A DNA stretch of 9,792 nucleotides from an uncultured Gammaproteobacteria bacterium. GTDB taxonomy: Bacteria > Patescibacteriota > Patescibacteriia > UBA2591 > UBA6264. Both the position numbers and the translations under genes were made by a program. The notes under the pieces are model-generated. The model saw nothing but the letters and a program-made list of their open reading frames with translations, was not told where the DNA came from and searched no databases. The DNA is taken from contig CAZTWG010000018.1 in NCBI GenBank assembly GCA_964617525.1, positions 1-9,792 of the forward strand, given 5' to 3'. This document shows, one piece after another, positions 6,132 through 9,792 of this stretch. Numbering within the stretch: the first letter of the stretch is position 1; every line of letters starts with the position of its first letter.

Positions 6132-7169
6132 TCAACTAGTTTTTCCCATATCTTTAATCATGGACTCTATATCTCCACTTAATATCTGCTCTAAGCCATG
6201 CCAAGATTTATGAATTCTATGGTCGGTTACTCTATCTTGCGGGAAATTATAGGTTCTAATTTTTTCTGAACGATCGCCAGTTCCAACCTGAGACTGGCGT
6301 TTTTCTTTTAGATTTTCATTCTCTTTTTCTATTTTTTTTGCCAATAAACGTGAGCGCAGAATTGTCATAGCTCTTTCTTTGTTTTGTCCTTGACTTCTTT
6401 CGTCTTGGCAAGAAACTACTGTATTCGTTGGTAAATGAGTAATGCGAATAGCGGTCTCATTTTTCTGGACATTTTGCCCTCCATGTCCTGATGCACGGAA
6501 ATAGTCCATTCTTAAATCTTTATTTTCAATTTTTATATCTATTTCTTTTGCCTCAGGGAGAACTACTACCGAAACGGCGGAAGTATGAATGCGCCCATTT
6601 TTTTCAGTATCAGGGATGCGTTGCACTCTATGAATCCCGCTTTCATTTTGGAGTAATTTGTAAACATCTTTCCCTCTAACCTCAAAGATTACTTCTTTGA
6701 AGCCATTGATAGTAGTTGGGTGTGATGATATTATTTTTGTCTTCCATTTCATTTTTTCGGCAAACCTAGAATACATTCTAAATAAATCAGCTGCGAACAA
6801 TCCAGCTTCATCTCCACCAGTACCTGCTCTTATTTCCATAATAATAACATTCTTTCCCGTTTGGCTTGAATTATCATCTTTTTTCTCAAACTCTTTCTTG
6901 AGTTTTATTTTTTTTTCTTTAAGTTCTTCAATTTCTTGTTTTATCATTTCAATCATTTCGGGAGCTGATTCCTGATTGAGCATTTTTTCAGTATCAAATA
7001 TTTTCCTGGTGATTTCTTCTAGTTGTTTCAATTTATTAAAGATTTTCTTTAGCTCGTTGTATTTTTTAGAAACTTCTTTTAATTTCTTAGCATCATTGTA
7101 TATCTCTGAGTTCTGAAGTTGTTGTTCTAGCTCTTCTAATTCTTTTTTTATCTCCTCGTTATTTTCCAT
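6132..7169 (-). CDS. prfA: Peptide chain release factor 1 (RF1)
   Basis: The 345-aa product carries the GGQ motif (SGHGGQNVQKNETAIRITHLPT; GGQ at nt 6474..6482). It also has the RF1-type recognition loop RVQRIPDTEKNGRIHTSA (a PxT tripeptide rather than the SPF of RF2; nt 6606..6614) and the C-terminal GTGDRSEKIRTYNFPQDRVTDHRI. The ATG is 1 nt after the rpmE stop, and the ORF ends in TGA. Confidence 0.95.
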   Translation of the reverse strand: MENNEEIKKELEELEQQLQNSEIYNDAKKLKEVSKKYNELKKIFNKLKQLEEITRKIFDTEKMLNQESAPEMIEMIKQEIEELKEKKIKLKKEFEKKDDNSSQTGKNVIIMEIRAGTGGDEAGLFAADLFRMYSRFAEKMKWKTKIISSHPTTINGFKEVIFEVRGKDVYKLLQNESGIHRVQRIPDTEKNGRIHTSAVSVVVLPEAKEIDIKIENKDLRMDYFRASGHGGQNVQKNETAIRITHLPTNTVVSCQDERSQGQNKERAMTILRSRLLAKKIEKENENLKEKRQSQVGTGDRSEKIRTYNFPQDRVTDHRIHKSWHGLEQILSGDIESMIKDMGKTS

Positions 7170-7170
7170 A

Positions 7171-7476
7171 TTAAGATTTCTTTTCCTCTTTAACTTTTAT
7201 TTCTTTTTTAACTTTCTTTTCCTCTTTAACTTTTTTCTTTTTTCTTTTTTCTTTAGAATCTTTCAATGCTTTTGATTTTTTAATCATTTTTTCGTATCTT
7301 TCTAGTCGTCCAGCAGTGTCAATAAACTTCTGCTTTCCTGTGTAAAGCGGATGACATTGAGAACATATCTCAACTTGCATTTTTTCCTTAGTAGAGCCAA
7401 CAATAAATTTTGCTCCACAAGAGCAAGTAATTGTTGCCTTAGGGAAATATTTAGGATGAATATCTTTTTTAGCCAT
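7171..7476 (-). CDS. rpmE: 50S ribosomal protein bL31, Zn-ribbon (type A) form, with a lysine/glutamate-rich C-terminal extension of about 35 aa
   Basis: [64 protein letters not shown] is a canonical bL31 with the CxC...CxxC cysteines. The body is followed by [36 protein letters not shown]. Confidence 0.92.
   Translation of the reverse strand: MAKKDIHPKYFPKATITCSCGAKFIVGSTKEKMQVEICSQCHPLYTGKQKFIDTAGRLERYEKMIKKSKALKDSKEKRKKKKVKEEKKVKKEIKVKEEKKS
7177..7234. repeat. Perfect 22-nt direct repeat (36-nt period) inside the rpmE tail
   Basis: TTTCTTTTCCTCTTTAACTTTT occurs at 7177..7198 and again at 7213..7234. On the coding strand this is AAAAGTTAAAGAGGAAAAGAAA, encoding KVKEEKK twice. The 36-nt offset equals 12 codons, so the repeat is in frame. 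Confidence 0.85.
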
Positions 7477-7501
7477 ATTTTTTAATTTAATTTTTTATTA
7501 A

Positions 7502-7585
7502 TGCCGCTGGTCGGACTTGAACCGACATGAGCTTGCGCTCATGGCATTTTGAGTGCCACGTGTCTACCAGTTCCACCACAGCGGC
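7502..7585 (-). tRNA. tRNA-Leu (anticodon CAA), class II with long variable arm, no encoded CCA
   Basis: The minus-strand sequence is GCCGCTGTGGTGGAACTGGTAGACACGTGGCACTCAAAATGCCATGAGCGCAAGCTCATGTCGGTTCAAGTCCGACCAGCGGCA (84 nt). It folds into a cloverleaf. The acceptor stem GCCGCTG/CAGCGGC has 7 perfect bp. The D stem is GTG/CAC, with the GG of the loop. The anticodon stem TGGCA/TGCCA carries the loop CT-CAA-AA. The long variable arm contains the GAGC..GCTC stem. The T arm is GTCGG-TTCAAGT-CCGAC, and the discriminator is A. TTA follows the discriminator, not CCA. Confidence 0.9.
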
Positions 7586-7615
7586 TTTTCGCCCTGCTTT
7601 AATACTAGCAGATTA

Positions 7616-9697
7616 TTATGGTTTTTTCAACTGACTCTTGGGACATTCTTTGTTACTGCATTTTATTTTTTCTCCGGCTTTAACCATTAGGCTTCCACAC
7701 TCAGGGCACTTTTCTCCAGTTGGCTCGTCCCAAAGAGCGAAATCGCATTTTGGCCAAGCCGAACAACCGTAAAAGAATTTTCCCTTTCGTGTTCTTTTTT
7801 TAACAATTTCTCCTTCCTTGCACTTGGGACACTTAACGCCAATTTTAGTACTATTGCTATTATTATCTCCTTTATCTAAATTTTTTGTAAATCGGCATTT
7901 AGGAAATCCAGAGCAAGCTAAAAATTTTCCAAAGCGTCCAGTTTTAATAATTAACCTTTTTCCACACTTTGGGCACTTTTCATCTGTTTCTTCGTCAGTA
8001 AACTTTTTAACAATTTCTTCTTCTTTTTCCATAAGATTTTTTTTAAATGGTTTGTAAAAGTTATCAAGAACGATGGCATATTTTTTTTTCTTTTGAGCTA
8101 TGTCATCTAAATTATTTTCCATTTCAGCCGTGAAATTATAGTCTACTATTCGAGGGAAGTGTTTTTCTAGTAATTCATTAACCAAATTTCCCGTTTCTGT
8201 GGGAAAGAATTTTCTTTGTTCCTTTATAACATAATTTCGTGCTTGGATTGTAGAAATGGTAGGAGAATATGTAGATGGCCTGCCAATGCCTATTTCTTCT
8301 AATTTTTTTACTAAACTAGCCTCATTGTATCTAGGAGGTGGTTCGGTAAAGTGTTGTTGGGCGTCGGTTTTTATCAATTTTAATTCTTGCCCAATACTAA
8401 AATCAGGAAGTGAAATTTCTTTTTGTTTCTCGGGATATATTTTCAACCATCCTTGAAATTTTATTTTTAAGCCTTTAGCTCGTAGTTGATATTTGTCGGC
8501 GCTAATATCTAAAGAAGTTGAGACTAGGGTTGATTTACTCATTTGTGAGGCAAGGGCTCTCTTCCATATTAGGTTATATAGTTTGTATTGTTTTTCGTCT
8601 AAATATGGCTTGACTTCTTCTGGTTCTCTAAAGATAGATGTAGGGCGAATAGCTTCGTGAGCTTCTTGGCTGGCTTTAGATTTTGTTTTATAGCGACGAA
8701 TTTCCAAATATTCTGGTCCATACTTTTTGGTAACTATTTTTTGACTTTCTTTTAAAAATTCTTCGCTTAAATTTAAAGAGTCTGTACGTAAATAGGTGAT
8801 TAAACCTACTATTTTTTTATCTTCCAATTTTATGCCCTCATAAAGCTTTTGAGCGATAAACATAGTTTGTTTTACGGAAAATCCTAACTTAGTATTAGCT
8901 TCTTGTTGTAAGCTACTGGTGGAAAAAGGAGGTAGTGGATTTTTATTTATTTCACGAGCGCCTAGATTAATAATTTTATATTTTGCTTTCTCTAGGTCTT
9001 CACAGATTTGTTTAGCTTTTTCAGAAGAATTAACATCAAATTTGGTTAAAATATGTTCGTTTTCTTGACGTAGCTTGGCCTCTAATGGATTATCTTTATC
9101 TCCTAAGAAAGCGCTAATCGTCCAGTATTCTTCTGGTTTGAATTTCTTAATTTCTTTTTCTCTGTCCATAATTAGCTTGACGGTAGGGGATTGAACTCTC
9201 CCGGCGGACAATCCTTTAAATATTTTTTTCCAAAGCAAAGGTGAGAGTTTGTATCCAACCAAACGGTCTAAAACTCGTCGCGCTTGTTGGGCATTTACTA
9301 AATCCAAATTAATTTGTCGTGGATTTTTGAGAGCCCTTTTTACTGCTTCTTCAGTGATTTCGTGGAAACTAATACGATATGTTTTTTGGTTTTCTTTTTT
9401 ATTTGTTTCTAAAATTTGTTGTAAATGCCATGCAATAGCTTCTCCCTCCCTGTCTTCATCGCTGGCAAAGTATATATTATCCACAGTTTGGGAGATTTTT
9501 TTGAGTTCGTTTACCAATTTGCGTTTTTTTGTAGGGATAACATATTGTGGTTCAAAATTATGCTCAATATCAACCCCTATTTTACTTTTGGGCAAATCTC
9601 TCACATGACCATTACATGATTTGATAATAAAATTTTTCCCTAAAAATTGGGAAATTGTTTTAGCTTTAGTTGGCGATTCAACAATAATTAAGTCCAT
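7616..9697 (-). CDS. topA: DNA topoisomerase I (type IA) with three C-terminal C4 zinc ribbons
   Basis: The 693-aa product has a TOPRIM domain (MDLIIVESPTKAKTI ... FASDEDREGEAIAWH). The active-site tyrosine sits in its usual context, GLITYLRTDS. Also present are SAGRVQSP and IGRPSTYSPTI. The C-terminus carries CPKCG..CSGFPKC, CPKCK..CSAWPKC and CPECG..CSNKEC. The ORF ends in TAA. Confidence 0.95.
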   Translation of the reverse strand: MDLIIVESPTKAKTISQFLGKNFIIKSCNGHVRDLPKSKIGVDIEHNFEPQYVIPTKKRKLVNELKKISQTVDNIYFASDEDREGEAIAWHLQQILETNKKENQKTYRISFHEITEEAVKRALKNPRQINLDLVNAQQARRVLDRLVGYKLSPLLWKKIFKGLSAGRVQSPTVKLIMDREKEIKKFKPEEYWTISAFLGDKDNPLEAKLRQENEHILTKFDVNSSEKAKQICEDLEKAKYKIINLGAREINKNPLPPFSTSSLQQEANTKLGFSVKQTMFIAQKLYEGIKLEDKKIVGLITYLRTDSLNLSEEFLKESQKIVTKKYGPEYLEIRRYKTKSKASQEAHEAIRPTSIFREPEEVKPYLDEKQYKLYNLIWKRALASQMSKSTLVSTSLDISADKYQLRAKGLKIKFQGWLKIYPEKQKEISLPDFSIGQELKLIKTDAQQHFTEPPPRYNEASLVKKLEEIGIGRPSTYSPTISTIQARNYVIKEQRKFFPTETGNLVNELLEKHFPRIVDYNFTAEMENNLDDIAQKKKKYAIVLDNFYKPFKKNLMEKEEEIVKKFTDEETDEKCPKCGKRLIIKTGRFGKFLACSGFPKCRFTKNLDKGDNNSNSTKIGVKCPKCKEGEIVKKRTRKGKFFYGCSAWPKCDFALWDEPTGEKCPECGSLMVKAGEKIKCSNKECPKSQLKKP

Positions 9698-9792
9698 AAT
9701 GTTATCTATAAAGTGATTTAATTTTAAGCTTCGCTTATTTTTTAAAATTCGTCAACCCTTGATAAAATATAATTTCATTAAAGAATATTTTC

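Noticed and set aside
3136-6134. Possibility of an alternative genetic code (UGA reassignment, as in some candidate phyla), given that only RF1 is present in the window
   Set aside because: TGA terminates the 280-aa ORF (3136..3138), the DUF3048 gene (6057..6059) and prfA itself (6132..6134), with the recognisable homologues (DUF3048, RF1) ending at family-typical lengths. No conserved gene needs read-through of an in-frame TGA. Standard code 11 fits.
5489-6135. Minus-strand ORFs 5489..5701 and 5920..6135
   Set aside because: They are antisense to the DUF3048 gene and its downstream spacer. They have no motifs or plausible start context, and the second would overlap the prfA stop region.
6491-6975. 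Plus-strand ORFs 6491..6679 and 6697..6975
   Set aside because: They are antisense shadow ORFs inside prfA.
7594-7611. Hairpin CTGCT-N8-AGCAG between the topA stop and the tRNA, considered as a topA terminator
   Set aside because: On the transcribed minus strand it has only 5 bp, an 8-nt loop and no following T-run (the sequence continues GGCGAAAAG). It is not a credible intrinsic terminator.
7818-9619. Plus-strand ORFs 7818..8057, 8256..8456, 9249..9608 and 9425..9619
   Set aside because: All are antisense to, and contained within, topA, and their products have no recognisable features.
9698-9792. TTGACG hexamer (minus strand, 9755..9750) upstream of topA, considered as a -35 element
   Set aside because: No acceptable -10 hexamer lies 16-18 nt downstream (the positions read GAAGCT/AAGCTT). 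The nearest TAAAAT is 23 nt away. The topA promoter cannot be placed with confidence and may lie beyond the window.
1-9792. Search for CRISPR repeats, IS or transposon ends, integrase or att sites, and defence or toxin-antitoxin modules
   Set aside because: I saw no spaced direct-repeat arrays, terminal inverted repeats or recombinase-like ORFs. Apart from the 89-aa membrane ORF, every ORF of at least 60 aa that does not overlap a called gene is accounted for by housekeeping genes or the 280-aa membrane protein.

Overview
This is a visibly AT-rich, tightly packed bacterial chromosomal segment made almost entirely of core housekeeping genes. I find no mobile element, CRISPR array, defence or toxin-like gene, and no long structured non-coding region. 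Left, minus strand: dnaE (codons 1-593). It is missing from the ORF track because its 3' end runs off the left edge. An 89-aa single-pass membrane ORF lies upstream of it. Next comes a 158-bp divergent intergenic region with a near-consensus sigma70-type promoter. Centre, plus strand: an uncharacterised 280-aa bitopic membrane protein whose TGA stop overlaps (ATGA) the start of a RodA-like SEDS peptidoglycan polymerase. These are followed by ribosomal protein bL25 (long Ctc form) and a DUF3048/YerB-like lipoprotein. A short convergent spacer with a weak hairpin follows. Right, minus strand: topA -> tRNA-Leu(CAA) -> rpmE (Zn-ribbon bL31 with a K/E-rich tail) -> prfA (RF1). The composition, compaction, tailed ribosomal proteins and lack of Shine-Dalgarno motifs fit a small-genome uncultivated lineage such as Patescibacteria/CPR, but that is inference only. 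TGA terminates three conserved genes at their expected lengths, so the standard code 11 applies. In my assessment this is an ordinary core region. The only lead toward undescribed biology is the unknown membrane protein translationally coupled to RodA, possibly together with the DUF3048 lipoprotein in the same transcription unit. The other findings are modest annotation-level oddities.
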